IMG/VR virus record: IMGVR_UViG_3300032330_000963
Coordinates: 1 to 40,635 of that record
Direction: 5' to 3' (one strand)
Source: a virus
Lineage: Duplodnaviria; Caudoviricetes
DNA: 40,635 bases
Made by a program: the position numbers and the translations under genes. Shown here in pieces: positions 24,839-35,036 of this stretch; position 1 is the first letter of the stretch; each line of letters starts with the position of its first letter. The notes under the pieces are model-generated. The model searched no databases, was not told the DNA's origin, and saw only the letters and a program-made list of their open reading frames with translations.

Positions 24839-26108
24839 TTGGGCACCCAGACCTTATCAGTTTCCTCTTTGGAAATTCCTAGAGGATGGCGGCAAACGAG
24901 CCGTCGCAGTTTGGCATCGGCGTGCTGGCAAGGACTTGCTGTCGATCAACTGGTGTGCGGTATCGGCTTTGACCAGGCCAGGTTTGTACTGGCACCTGTT
25001 CCCCACATACAACCAGGGGCGAAAGATTGCTTGGGATGGGATGACTCGCGATGGTCGCAAGTTCATTGACCATTTCCCCAAGGAGATGTGGGAAGCCGTC
25101 AACAACACTGAGATGCGGCTGACGTTAAAGAATGGCTCAATCTATCAGGTGGTGGGTACAGACAATGTCGACAGACTGGTTGGAGCAAATCCAGTCGGGG
25201 TCGTCTTCTCTGAATACTCCCTCCAAGATCCCCGAGCATGGGATTACATTCGTCCCATCTTGGCTGAGAATGGAGGATGGGCACTGTTTATTTATACCGC
25301 TCGAGGTCGAAATCACGGATACGACTTGCTTAATATGGCAAGACGAAATGAACGCTGGTACCAACAAGTCCTAAGCGTGGACGATACCCGAGCCATTAGC
25401 CAGGATGCTGTGGACGAGGAACGCGAATCAGGCATGCCTGAGGAAATGATCCAGCAAGAGTTCTATTGCAGCTTTGACGCGCCTTTAGTCGGTTCATACT
25501 ACGGCTCCGCCATGGCCAAACTCCTAGCCGACGGTAGGTTGACATCGTTACCCTACGAGCCGCGCCTAGAGGTTCACACAGCGTGGGACCTTGGAGTCGG
25601 TGACTCCACTGCAATAGTTTTTTATCAGAAGCACGGACAAGAGATCCGTATAATCGACTACTACGAGAACAGCGGTGAAGGTTTGCCGCACTACGCCAAG
25701 ATCATCAAAGAGAAAGAGTACGTCTATGGAGAACACCTTGCACCTCACGATATACAAGTTCGTGAGCTTGGCAGCGGTAAGTCTCGACTTGAAATTGCCA
25801 GAGAACTTGGAATACGGTTCCGCGTGGTACCAAACCTTAGGATCGACGACGGCATCGAAGCCGTCAGAGCCACCCTACCGAAATGCTGGTTTGATGAAAA
25901 GAAGTGCGCTCACCTCATCGAGTCCTTACGCCAGTACAGAAAAGACTTCGACGAAAAGAACAAGGTCTTCCGAGACAAGCCACTTCACGACTGGACCAGT
26001 CACCCGGCCGACGCGTTCCGGTATATGTCGCTTGGTATCCGCGACCAACTAGATCTAAACGCTAGGAAGCTACCAAGGATGGCAGACATGGAGTACAAGA
26101 TCCTATGA
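24813..26108 (+). CDS. terL: Terminase large subunit
   Basis: WHRRAGKD Walker A, VVFSE Walker B, YTARG coupling motif, nuclease motifs TAWDLG and HPADAFRY. Confidence 0.93.
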   Translation: MAEITVPLDWAPRPYQFPLWKFLEDGGKRAVAVWHRRAGKDLLSINWCAVSALTRPGLYWHLFPTYNQGRKIAWDGMTRDGRKFIDHFPKEMWEAVNNTEMRLTLKNGSIYQVVGTDNVDRLVGANPVGVVFSEYSLQDPRAWDYIRPILAENGGWALFIYTARGRNHGYDLLNMARRNERWYQQVLSVDDTRAISQDAVDEERESGMPEEMIQQEFYCSFDAPLVGSYYGSAMAKLLADGRLTSLPYEPRLEVHTAWDLGVGDSTAIVFYQKHGQEIRIIDYYENSGEGLPHYAKIIKEKEYVYGEHLAPHDIQVRELGSGKSRLEIARELGIRFRVVPNLRIDDGIEAVRATLPKCWFDEKKCAHLIESLRQYRKDFDEKNKVFRDKPLHDWTSHPADAFRYMSLGIRDQLDLNARKLPRMADMEYKIL

Positions 26109-26563
26109 TCATTCGCCCCGCAACCGAAGCCGATGTCCAACACGTCTACGCGTTGTCGGAAGGAATTTTCAATGAGTCCCTTTATGCCCGCACTTGCGAG
26201 TATAGTCCCGAGAAGGTAGCTCACCTGGTGACCCAGGTGATGTTGCCAAACCCAGATAGATGGTTCCTGTACCTTGCAGAGAAAGACGGATCTATAATCG
26301 GTATGTACGCCGGGTTCCTGACAGAGTATTATTTCAGTAAGGATCTGATGGCGTGCGATCTTGCTTTGTTTGTGGACCCTACCAAACGGGGCGGTTTGGC
26401 AGCTGTTAAGTTAGTTCAAGCCTTTGAAGACTGGGCCTTTGCCCATGGTGCAAAGGAAATTTGCCCAGCCACCTCAACCATGGTGGCTCCAGAACGTACG
26501 GCTCTGCTGTATCAGTTCTTGGGTTACGAGGTTGTAGGTAACATGTTCAAGAAAAGGAGATAG
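26105..26563 (+). CDS. GNAT-family acetyltransferase
   Basis: MIIRPAT..D, LFVDPTKRGG, LYQFLGY. Confidence 0.8.
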   Translation: MIIRPATEADVQHVYALSEGIFNESLYARTCEYSPEKVAHLVTQVMLPNPDRWFLYLAEKDGSIIGMYAGFLTEYYFSKDLMACDLALFVDPTKRGGLAAVKLVQAFEDWAFAHGAKEICPATSTMVAPERTALLYQFLGYEVVGNMFKKRR

Positions 26564-26565
26564 TT

Positions 26566-26829
26566 ATGTGTGGTGGATTCATTGGTAATATGCTTGGTAT
26601 GAGTGGCGGCGGCGGTGGCAGTCCTGCCCCAGCATCTAAAACTCCAGAAACCCCTAAGGTAGACGACAAGGCAGTTCAAGACGCGGTTGACAAACAGCGT
26701 TCTGCTGAAGGTGGCGCTCAAGGCCGCGAGTCTACTATGTTGACCGGGGCTCAAGGCGTTTCCATCGGTATGGAAAAACTCCAGAAGAAGAAACTGCTAG
26801 GCACGGCGACAAAACTTGGCGGTGAGTAA
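26566..26829 (+). CDS. Small pre-portal virion-associated protein
   Basis: GRESTMLTGAQGV...KKKLLG; T7 gp7.3-like position, TAATG-coupled to the portal. Confidence 0.6.
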   Translation: MCGGFIGNMLGMSGGGGGSPAPASKTPETPKVDDKAVQDAVDKQRSAEGGAQGRESTMLTGAQGVSIGMEKLQKKKLLGTATKLGGE

Positions 26830-28520
26830 TGGAAGACAGTCAACAGCGAGAACTAGTTCAGATCACGCTTGACCGGCTTAGCAAACTCAAGCAGATTCGT
26901 TCTAATTGGGAAAGCCTCTGGCAAGACTGTACCGACTTTGTCAACCCTCGACGCGGTGACTTCAACACCACTCGCGCGCAGGGTGACAGGACTCGCTATG
27001 ACCGCGTGTATGACTCAACGGCTCCCTTAGCTAATGAGCAGCTTGCAGCAGGTTTGCATGGTTACCTGACAGCCCCCTCAGAAACTTGGTTCAGTCTTGC
27101 TTTGGAACGCATGGCGTCTAAAGACGAGGCGGTGATCAAGTACCTGCAAGAGGTTGTAGACATCATGTTCAAGGAGGTGTTCCACTCTCCTAATTCCAAC
27201 TTCGGTTCCATGATCCACGAGTTGTACTTAGACCTTGGGTCTTACGGTACCGGCGTCATGTACGTTGAAGATCGTCCAGGTAGACCGATCAACTTCAGAA
27301 CCTTCCACTTGGCTGAATGCTACATTGCTGAATCAGCAGACGGCGTAGTCGATTCTTTGTATCGCCAGTACAAGCATTCAGGTCGCCAGATTCTGCAACT
27401 GTACAAAGACAAGAATGTCTTGCCAGAACGTTTCGTGCAGATGGTGATGAAAGATCCTCACAAGGAGTTCACCTGCATTCACGCCGTTGAACCACGCGAC
27501 GGCTTCAACCCCAATTCAAAACTCGCCAAGGACATGCCTTGGATGAGTGCTTACATCCTCGAAGAAGAGAAGATCATTCTCGACATCAGTGGCTTTAACG
27601 AATTCCCCTTCATGGCTCCTCGTTGGACCAAGACTGCAGGTGAAGTCTATGGCAGGTCTCCTGCTATGACGTCATTGCCTGACATCAAGATGGTCAATGA
27701 GATGAGCAAGACAGTCATCAAGGCTGCTCAGAAGGCCACAGATCCACCTCTCATGGTTCCTGATGACGGCTTCATGTTGCCTCTCAGAACGATCCCAGGG
27801 GGTCTTAACTATTACAGAGCAGGTACTCAAGACGTAGTCAAGCCATTGATGGATGGCGTGCGTCCTGACATTGGCCTGGACTTCATTGAGTCGCGTCGCC
27901 AGCACATCTTGAAAACGTTCCACGTTGACTGGATGCAGATGCGTGAGGGTCCAGCCATGACGGCTACTGAGGTGTTGCAGCGCCAAGAAGAGCGTATGCG
28001 TCTCATGGGCCCCATGGTTGGGCGTCTGCAGTTTGAGTTGCTAGGTCCTATGATCGATCGCGTCTTTGCAATCATGAACCGCCGCAAGATGCTGCCACCT
28101 GCACCACAAGAGTTGCAAGGTAAGACTCTGCGCATTGACTACGTGTCTCCAGTTGCTCGTGCCCAGAAGACGCAACAGTTGTTTAGCTTCAGTCGCTTGA
28201 TTGAAACTCTAGCTCCCTTGGCGCAAGTCAAACCCGACATCTTTGACAACATCAATGCCGACGGTACGGTTCGCTGGGCGCATAAACTACTTGACGCTCC
28301 TTCTGAGACCTTGAATTCAGAAGAAGATGTTGCGCAGTCTAGGAACGCTAGAGCTAAGCAGCAACAAGAGTCTGCTGAACTGGTTAAAGGTCAAGCACTC
28401 GCGGCAACTGCTAAGGATGCCGCATCAGCTGCTGCAACAATGCCTGAAGGTACTGAACCTGCTCCAACACCTGGCGTTGATCAAGCTCAAGCAGCACAAC
28501 CTGCTCCGGTGAACCTATGA
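26829..28520 (+). CDS. Portal (head-tail connector), T7 gp8/BPP-1-like
   Basis: VYDSTA, RWTKTAGEVYGRSP, MTATEVLQRQEE, YVSPVARAQK. Confidence 0.93.
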   Translation: MEDSQQRELVQITLDRLSKLKQIRSNWESLWQDCTDFVNPRRGDFNTTRAQGDRTRYDRVYDSTAPLANEQLAAGLHGYLTAPSETWFSLALERMASKDEAVIKYLQEVVDIMFKEVFHSPNSNFGSMIHELYLDLGSYGTGVMYVEDRPGRPINFRTFHLAECYIAESADGVVDSLYRQYKHSGRQILQLYKDKNVLPERFVQMVMKDPHKEFTCIHAVEPRDGFNPNSKLAKDMPWMSAYILEEEKIILDISGFNEFPFMAPRWTKTAGEVYGRSPAMTSLPDIKMVNEMSKTVIKAAQKATDPPLMVPDDGFMLPLRTIPGGLNYYRAGTQDVVKPLMDGVRPDIGLDFIESRRQHILKTFHVDWMQMREGPAMTATEVLQRQEERMRLMGPMVGRLQFELLGPMIDRVFAIMNRRKMLPPAPQELQGKTLRIDYVSPVARAQKTQQLFSFSRLIETLAPLAQVKPDIFDNINADGTVRWAHKLLDAPSETLNSEEDVAQSRNARAKQQQESAELVKGQALAATAKDAASAAATMPEGTEPAPTPGVDQAQAAQPAPVNL

Positions 28521-28765
28521 CCAAACCAGTTAACTTAGTTGAGTTGCATGACTCATACAAGAAAACATTTTCCACGCCAGACGGCGAACGAGTGTTAGCG
28601 CACCTCTGCAAAGTAGGTTACATCGCTGATACCTCTTACGTTTCTGGCGATCCCACCGAGACAGCGCACCGTGAAGGACAGCGCCGCTTGGTACTTAGCA
28701 TCTTGCGGTTTTTGGAAAGAGACCCAAGAGAATTTATGAAACGTCTGGAGGAATTAAATGAGTGA
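28517..28765 (+). CDS. Bbp19-like small protein
   Basis: FSTPDGERVLAHL...TAHREGQRRLVL, located between portal and scaffold. Confidence 0.75.
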   Translation: MTKPVNLVELHDSYKKTFSTPDGERVLAHLCKVGYIADTSYVSGDPTETAHREGQRRLVLSILRFLERDPREFMKRLEELNE

Positions 28766-29618
28766 TATGAACGGAGGGTCCGTAGTAAGTGATGGCGGTG
28801 CTTCAACCGCTGGCACTATTGATGCGGGCAGCTCTGCCGGTTCTATGCAGGATTGGCGAGCTTCCCTTGATGAAACTTTGAGAGCTGATCCCACTCTAGC
28901 TGACATCAAAGACCTGAATGGTCTTGCAAAATCGTATGTCCATGCGCAGCGAATGATTGGCAAGGACAAGATTACTATCCCTCAGGAAGGTGCTGATCCT
29001 TCTGAATGGGACGGTTTTTACGAGCGACTTGGTCGTCCAGGTGACGGCAATTACAAACTTGATCCCACAGGTGTTGTTCCTGAGGGAGTGTCGTTTGAAC
29101 CACAGGTCCTTGACCGCTTTAAGAAAATCTTCCACGAAGCCGGTCTAAACCAGAAGCAGGCTGAAAAGCTTTTCAAAGGCTACATGGGCTACGTTGGCGA
29201 AGTTCACGGGAATAATTCCGCCGGTGTGGAACAGCAACGAGCTGAGTGGGTGAACACGGTCAAAAAAGAATTCGGTCGCGCCTTTGATGAGCGCGTAGAC
29301 CTGGCTGTTCGCGCGGTTGAGACCTTTGGCGGTACTGAACTTGTGCAGTGGCTTGATCAGACTGGTATGGGCGACCATCCCATGTTTGTGAAGATGTTCG
29401 CCAAGATTGGACAGCAGATGCAAGAAGCCTTGGCCTCGCCTAATCAATCACGCGGTTGGACAATGACTCCGGATACTGCTCGTCAAGAGATTGCACGGGC
29501 TCAGCGTGATACTGAGTTCATGAAGGCCTACATGACTCCTGCAGCAACCGGCCACGCAGAAGCAGTGAAGAAGATGCAGGACCTCTTCAGCTTCGCTTAT
29601 CCAGACGAGGCGGCATAG
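28758..29618 (+). CDS. Capsid scaffolding/assembly protein
   Basis: LAKSYVHAQRMIG, FYERLGRP, GMGDHP; lies upstream of the capsid gene. Confidence 0.8.
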   Translation: MSDMNGGSVVSDGGASTAGTIDAGSSAGSMQDWRASLDETLRADPTLADIKDLNGLAKSYVHAQRMIGKDKITIPQEGADPSEWDGFYERLGRPGDGNYKLDPTGVVPEGVSFEPQVLDRFKKIFHEAGLNQKQAEKLFKGYMGYVGEVHGNNSAGVEQQRAEWVNTVKKEFGRAFDERVDLAVRAVETFGGTELVQWLDQTGMGDHPMFVKMFAKIGQQMQEALASPNQSRGWTMTPDTARQEIARAQRDTEFMKAYMTPAATGHAEAVKKMQDLFSFAYPDEAA

Positions 29619-29619
29619 T

Positions 29620-29943
29620 ATGGGAATCCTGACGAGAAAGATGGAAAAAGACATGGAGCTGATGAAAGAACAGCTCCGCGTTGATACACCTAGCGACAAC
29701 ATTAAAAAGGAGTCGCTAGTGAGTCAAGCAATTAAAACCGCAAATCTTCCGTCAGAGATTCAAAAGTCTATGGGCGAAATGCTGCGCGATCGTTTGAAAG
29801 TGGCCAGTCAATCCCAACAAGATGACGAAGAGTTGAAGAAGCGCGTCTCGGAACAACTGAAAACGTCCGACATGGTGAACATGGGGACGACAATGCAAAG
29901 ATCGGACAATAGCCTACTGTCAAAAGGAAAATCCCTAGGCTAG
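29620..29943 (+). CDS. Hypothetical protein
   Basis: ORF starts immediately after the scaffold stop; charged and helical. Confidence 0.5.
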   Translation: MGILTRKMEKDMELMKEQLRVDTPSDNIKKESLVSQAIKTANLPSEIQKSMGEMLRDRLKVASQSQQDDEELKKRVSEQLKTSDMVNMGTTMQRSDNSLLSKGKSLG

Positions 29944-30097
29944 TTTCTTTTTCCGGTTTTTGCTGTATTATCCTATTAACGGGGAACCTGAAAGGGTCCG
30001 TAGGCATCGCCTAGCCATAAGGGTATGTGGGGGTCCAATTGCGGGCAGCCTCTGCGAGCAAACTGCTTTTTAACTTTAACTGAATGAGGAGGACATA

Positions 30098-30982
30098 ATG
30101 TCCATTCAAATCACTACGGCATTTGTACAGCAGTACCGTGCCAACGTAGACCACCTCGTCCAGCAGAAAGGTTCGCGTTTGCGTCCGCTCGTACGTGCAG
30201 AATCTCAGCAAGCTGAGTTTGAGTTCTACGATCGGATTGGCGCAACCACTGCTCAAGAGGTGACAGGCCGCCATCAGGATACTCCATTGATCAACGTTCC
30301 TCACGATCGTCGTCGCGTTTCACTGCGCGATTTCGATTGGGCTGACTTGATTGATCGCCCTGATCGCATTCGCATGTTGATTGATCCCACTTCACCTTAT
30401 AGCCAGAACGCGGCTTTCGCGCTTGGTCGTAAGATGGACGAGATCATTCTCGATGCAGCTTTTGGTACTGTGTATACTGGCAAAACCGGTGGCACTACCG
30501 TGACTTTCCCTAGCACTCAGCAAGTTGCTGTGGACTACGTTGAGACCGGTTCTGCAGCAAACTCTGGTTTGACCATTGCTAAGTTGCGCAAAGCCAAGCA
30601 AATCCTTGACCGTAACGAGGTCGATCCCACAGAGCGTCGTTATATCGCCATGACTGCAAAACAAGTCACCGACTTGCTGCGCACGACTGAAGTGACCAGC
30701 TCTGATTACAACACCGTCAAAGCTTTGGTTGCCGGTGAGATCAACACCTTCATGGGCTTTGAGTTTGTTCGCACTGAATTGGTTCGCACCAATGCATCGA
30801 GCTACCGCCGTGTTGTGTGCTGGGCACAGTCTGGTCTGTTGCTTGCCGTTGGCAGCGACATCACCGTCGACATTGGTCCACGCCGCGACAAGCGTAACTC
30901 GACTCAAGTCTACGTCTCAGCTTCCTTCGGGGCAACTCGTATGGAAGAAGAGAAGGTAGTTGAAATCATCTGCGCTGAATAA
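30098..30982 (+). CDS. Major capsid protein
   Basis: FVQQY..NV..LVQQKGSRLR, ALGRKMD..I, LVAGEINTFMGFEF, GATRMEEEKVVEI; strong RBS GAGGAGG. Confidence 0.92.
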   Translation: MSIQITTAFVQQYRANVDHLVQQKGSRLRPLVRAESQQAEFEFYDRIGATTAQEVTGRHQDTPLINVPHDRRRVSLRDFDWADLIDRPDRIRMLIDPTSPYSQNAAFALGRKMDEIILDAAFGTVYTGKTGGTTVTFPSTQQVAVDYVETGSAANSGLTIAKLRKAKQILDRNEVDPTERRYIAMTAKQVTDLLRTTEVTSSDYNTVKALVAGEINTFMGFEFVRTELVRTNASSYRRVVCWAQSGLLLAVGSDITVDIGPRRDKRNSTQVYVSASFGATRMEEEKVVEIICAE

Positions 30983-30993
30983 GGAGAACAGAG

Positions 30994-31446
30994 ATGGCTA
31001 CTACAAACTCAACTGAGTACGGCAACACCGTTGCAGTACCTGCAGTGATGAACGATGTTTGTGATGAGCACGCACGTGTGCGTATTCGCTCTTTCACTTA
31101 CACCCAAGTCGGTGCTGGTGCTTCCGGTGACTTGATTAACCTTTGCAAATTGCCTGCAGGCAACATTCGCACTTGCGGTGTCTTCATTACTAACTCTGCT
31201 TTGGGTGCTTCTCGCACCGTCAAAGTGGGTCATACTGGATACACCAACTTGGCGAATACGACTGTTGCAGCAAGCAGCACTGCGTTCTTGGCAGCAACTT
31301 CCGTTGCGGCAGCGGGTCAAATCGCTGATCACTCCACACAGAAGATCTCTTCGAAAGAAGGTTTGACTGTGCAGGCGTTGATCGAGGGCGGTACGATCCC
31401 TGATGCGACAACGTTGAACGGTTACGTGCTTTACGCACTCGACTAA
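30994..31446 (+). CDS. Capsid decoration/minor capsid protein (putative)
   Basis: Beta-rich, Ala/Thr/Gly-rich; sits between the capsid gene and the terminator. Confidence 0.6.
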   Translation: MATTNSTEYGNTVAVPAVMNDVCDEHARVRIRSFTYTQVGAGASGDLINLCKLPAGNIRTCGVFITNSALGASRTVKVGHTGYTNLANTTVAASSTAFLAATSVAAAGQIADHSTQKISSKEGLTVQALIEGGTIPDATTLNGYVLYALD

Positions 31447-31467
31447 GCAGCGTTAAGGCAAGACGTG

Positions 31468-31502
31468 GGGGGATCGGGCCTAACGGTCTGGTCCCCCTCT
31501 TT
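31468..31502 (+). terminator. Intrinsic terminator after the capsid genes
   Basis: GGGGGATCGGGCC-taac-GGTCTGGTCCCCC followed by TCTTT; same position as T7 Tphi. Confidence 0.7.
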
Positions 31503-31518
31503 ACATTAGGAGTAGGAC

Positions 31519-32115
31519 ATGGCAGCATCAGACATTGAAATCGTAAATAGAGCACTCACTTTGCTTGGTGTTGACCCTATCAATTCCTTGTCAGACTCTA
31601 ACAAAGCCGCCAGTACTGCCAACCGTTTGTACAACGACACGCGCTCTGCTGTGTTTCGTGCGCACCCTTGGAGTTGCTTAGTCAAGCGCGCTGCTTTACC
31701 GCTTGACGCTACGACCCCTTTGTACGGGTTCACTTACCAATTTGTTTTGCCAGCAGACTACTTGAGGTTGCTTGGCATTGAAAACTCAACAGGTCGTTAC
31801 AGCATTGAGAATAGAAAAATTCTCTACGACAGTGACACGCTCAACATTACCTATGTGGCCTTGATCACTGACGTGCCTAGCTACGACACACTGCTTGTAG
31901 ATACATTGGCTGCTCGTTTAGCAGCTGACTTGGCTCATCCTCTTTTGCAAACGCAACAGAGCATGGAGTCTATGTGGCAACTTTATGAATTGAAGTTGCG
32001 TGAAGCTAAACTCATCAACGCGCAGGAAAACCAACAAGACGTGTTGGACACCGATTACTGGTTGAACTCTCGTCTTGGCGTTTCTCCTCTTGTTGGCGCT
32101 CCTCCAAGGTGGTAA
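31519..32115 (+). CDS. Tail tubular protein A / adaptor (T7 gp11-like)
   Basis: IVNRALTLLG, RAHPWSC, YQFVLPADYLR, LAARLAADLA. Confidence 0.85.
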   Translation: MAASDIEIVNRALTLLGVDPINSLSDSNKAASTANRLYNDTRSAVFRAHPWSCLVKRAALPLDATTPLYGFTYQFVLPADYLRLLGIENSTGRYSIENRKILYDSDTLNITYVALITDVPSYDTLLVDTLAARLAADLAHPLLQTQQSMESMWQLYELKLREAKLINAQENQQDVLDTDYWLNSRLGVSPLVGAPPRW

Positions 32116-32120
32116 CATAG

Positions 32121-34145
32121 ATGTCTCGTACAACGCCCATTCAAACTAACTTTACCGGCGGGGAAATCTCTCCTCGCTTGTACGGCCGCGTTGACTTGCA
32201 AAAATACGCAACCTCAGTTGAGCGCTGCGAGAACTTCATCATCTTCCCACACGGCGGTATCACTAAGCGCTCAGGCACTCGTTTTATATCTGAGGTCAAG
32301 TACTCAAGCCGCAGCACCAAACTCATACCGTTCATCTTCTCAACTGAACAAGCGTACATGCTTGAGTTTGGTCACTACTACATTCGCTTTTATCGTAATG
32401 AAGGCGTGTTGTTGAATTCAGCCGGTACTGCTCCTTACGAGCTTGTAAGTCCATATTCAGAGACTGATCTAGCCAACATTGACTACACGCAGTCTGCAGA
32501 CATTTTATACTTGGTGCATCCAAACTATGCTCCACGCACACTCAATCGTTTGGGAGCAACAAACTGGAGTTTAGACCTGTATTCGTTTGTTGATGGTCCA
32601 TACAATGACTTCAACTTAGACACGTCAAAGACCTTGACTCCAAGTGCTACAACAGGAGCTATCACAATCACTGCAAGCAGTGCTACGTTTGCTTCTACTG
32701 ACGTAGGACGTTGGGTGCGTATCAACAACGGTACTGTTTGGGGTGCAGCAAAGATCACTGGATACACGAGTGCGACAGTAGTCACAGCAACTGTCAACAG
32801 TAAATTTCCAATGTCAGCTACCACGGCCATTTCCAATTGGAGACTGGGTGCTTGGTCTGATACAACAGGATGGCCTTCATGCGTTGGCTTTTTCCAAGAA
32901 CGCTTGTTCTTTGCATCTACTCGTTCTCGTCCTTCTAGCGTGTGGGGTAGTCGCAGTTCTGACTTCAACACGTTCAGTCCATCTGATGCAACAGGTGCTG
33001 TACTTGACGACTCCGGCTTGAATTTCACGTTGTCTACAGACCAAGTGAACGCGATTCGCTGGATTTACGGCGAGAAGCGTTTGCAGCTTGGTACCTCTGA
33101 TGGTCCATTCATTCTGTCCTCAGGTCGTAACTTTGAAGCGTTGACGCCATCTAACATCACTGTTTCACGTGAAACAACTGATGGTACAGCCAACGAACGT
33201 CCTGTTGGTGCAAGTCGTACGACGCTTTACATTGACCGTTCTCGTTTGAAAGTGCGCGAGTTAGCGTATGACATCAACATCGACGGTTACACATCAGTCA
33301 ACCTAACACTCTTGGCGGAGCACATCACTACTGGTAACGTGCACATGGTTTCCTATGCTCGTTCACCAGATAGTTTGGTGTGGACTTTGCTGAACACAGG
33401 TGAACTTCGCTGCTTGACGTACGAGCGCGAGCAAGAGGTTGTTGCTTGGCACAGACACATCATTGGAGGCACTAACACCTCCGTTGAACACATAGCCACT
33501 ATTCCTAAGAACGACGAATCAGAGGACGTACTCTATTTAGTCGTGTCTAGGACGATAGGAGGCGTCACTAGGAAGTACGTTGAATACCTGGAAAAATCCT
33601 TTGATACAGCCAAAGGTATGTTGGCTGAAGAGGCCTTCTTTGTTGATAGCGGCATCTCTTACGACGGTGTAGCAACTACGACCTTGTCTGGCCTAGACCA
33701 CCTTGAAGGTGAAACTGTACAGGTGCTTGCTGATGGAGCAGTTCATCCTGACCGCGTGGTGTCTAGCGGTTCTATTACTCTTGCACGATCTGCCTCAAAG
33801 GTGAGCGTGGGTCTTCCCTATATCGCTCGAGTACGTACCCTCGACCCTGAGGTTCAAACCCAGACAGGTCCTTCTCAAGGAAAGGTACGTCGCATTGAAC
33901 GCGTGACTTTCAGGGTCGTAGACACCTTTAATTTGAAATTTGGAGCCAACGGCGGAGACCTTGAAATCATTCCTTTCCGCGGTTCTGCAATGCCTATGGG
34001 CACAATTGAACTGTACACGGGGGACAAGCGCGTGTTGGTTCAACATTCTCCTGAACGCCAGTTTGAATTGCTGGTTCAGTCTGATACACCGCACCCATGC
34101 ACGGTGTTGGCAATCATGTACTCAATGACTGTGTCTGACCGATGA
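32121..34145 (+). CDS. Tail tubular protein B / nozzle (T7 gp12-like)
   Basis: QTNFTGGEISP.LYGRVD, GWPSCVGFFQERL, VVAWHRH, GLDHLEGETV..LADG. Confidence 0.88.
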   Translation: MSRTTPIQTNFTGGEISPRLYGRVDLQKYATSVERCENFIIFPHGGITKRSGTRFISEVKYSSRSTKLIPFIFSTEQAYMLEFGHYYIRFYRNEGVLLNSAGTAPYELVSPYSETDLANIDYTQSADILYLVHPNYAPRTLNRLGATNWSLDLYSFVDGPYNDFNLDTSKTLTPSATTGAITITASSATFASTDVGRWVRINNGTVWGAAKITGYTSATVVTATVNSKFPMSATTAISNWRLGAWSDTTGWPSCVGFFQERLFFASTRSRPSSVWGSRSSDFNTFSPSDATGAVLDDSGLNFTLSTDQVNAIRWIYGEKRLQLGTSDGPFILSSGRNFEALTPSNITVSRETTDGTANERPVGASRTTLYIDRSRLKVRELAYDINIDGYTSVNLTLLAEHITTGNVHMVSYARSPDSLVWTLLNTGELRCLTYEREQEVVAWHRHIIGGTNTSVEHIATIPKNDESEDVLYLVVSRTIGGVTRKYVEYLEKSFDTAKGMLAEEAFFVDSGISYDGVATTTLSGLDHLEGETVQVLADGAVHPDRVVSSGSITLARSASKVSVGLPYIARVRTLDPEVQTQTGPSQGKVRRIERVTFRVVDTFNLKFGANGGDLEIIPFRGSAMPMGTIELYTGDKRVLVQHSPERQFELLVQSDTPHPCTVLAIMYSMTVSDR

Positions 34146-34561
34146 TAGTGGTACCATTTGAATCATGGCATATAGACATCATAAAACCTTTGTGGCCGGT
34201 AATGAGAGCAGGAATTGCCTTAGAGCAAACCTCTATCTCTTACACAGCCATTGCGGATGGGAAGATTGTGACTATTGCCGGCGTGATTCCAATCTGGGAG
34301 GGCGTGGCGGAGTCGTTCCTAATCCCGTCGGACTTATTCAAAAGTCACAAAATACAATGTATAAAGTACATACAACTAAATCAGGAATTTTTGAGACGGG
34401 AACTCAAGCTGCATCGACTTCAAACCACAGTGCCAGCAGACCTTCATCACGCCATCCGTTGGTTGGAGTGGTTGGGATACAAACGCGAGTCGACACTGCG
34501 CATGTGGGGCCCAGACAAACGAGACCACTACAGATATGTGAGGTTATTTGATGGGAACTGA
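34142..34561 (+). CDS. GNAT-fold protein at the T7 gp13-like position
   Basis: AGVIPIWEGVAE, HRLQTTV, AIRWLEWLGY. Confidence 0.7.
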   Translation: MIVVPFESWHIDIIKPLWPVMRAGIALEQTSISYTAIADGKIVTIAGVIPIWEGVAESFLIPSDLFKSHKIQCIKYIQLNQEFLRRELKLHRLQTTVPADLHHAIRWLEWLGYKRESTLRMWGPDKRDHYRYVRLFDGN

Positions 34562-35024
34562 AGTCCTTATTCTCTCAGCGATTGCAGCGAGTACAGCTGT
34601 CACTGCTTATGGTCAGTACCAAGCTGGCCAGGCGCAGGAGAAAGCTTACCAGTACAACGCTCAGATACAAGAACAAAACGCCAAGGTAGCGCAAGACAAA
34701 GCCGCGTATGAAGCTGAAAAACAAGCTCAGCGAGTACGTCGCTTGACGGCTACTCAACGAGCAGCTTATGCCGCTTCAGGAGTTACTCAATCAGGATCAG
34801 CGCTTGACTTGCAAGAAGACTCCGTAATTCAAGGCGAAATGGATCGTTTGGCCGTCCTTTATGGCGGTAATGTTGAAGCAGCCAACGCAAGGTCAGAAGC
34901 GGAACTTTCAAAATTCCAAGGCAAGGCTGCAGCGCATTCCGCAACTACAGCTGCTTTTGGTACCATCTTGGGCGGTGGAGCCAGTCTTGGCTTCGCAGGT
35001 TACCGGATGGGTGTCTGGAAATAA
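34551..35024 (+). CDS. Small internal virion protein (T7 gp14-like position)
   Basis: Hydrophobic N-terminus, Ala/Gln-rich helix, QRAAYAASGV..SGS. Confidence 0.75.
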   Translation: MGTEVLILSAIAASTAVTAYGQYQAGQAQEKAYQYNAQIQEQNAKVAQDKAAYEAEKQAQRVRRLTATQRAAYAASGVTQSGSALDLQEDSVIQGEMDRLAVLYGGNVEAANARSEAELSKFQGKAAAHSATTAAFGTILGGGASLGFAGYRMGVWK

Positions 35025-35036
35025 GGATAAAAACAA

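Noticed and set aside
30098-31446. T7 10A/10B-style frameshifted capsid extension
   Set aside because: The capsid gene ends in TAA, the next gene has its own RBS and ATG, and no slippery site was evident.
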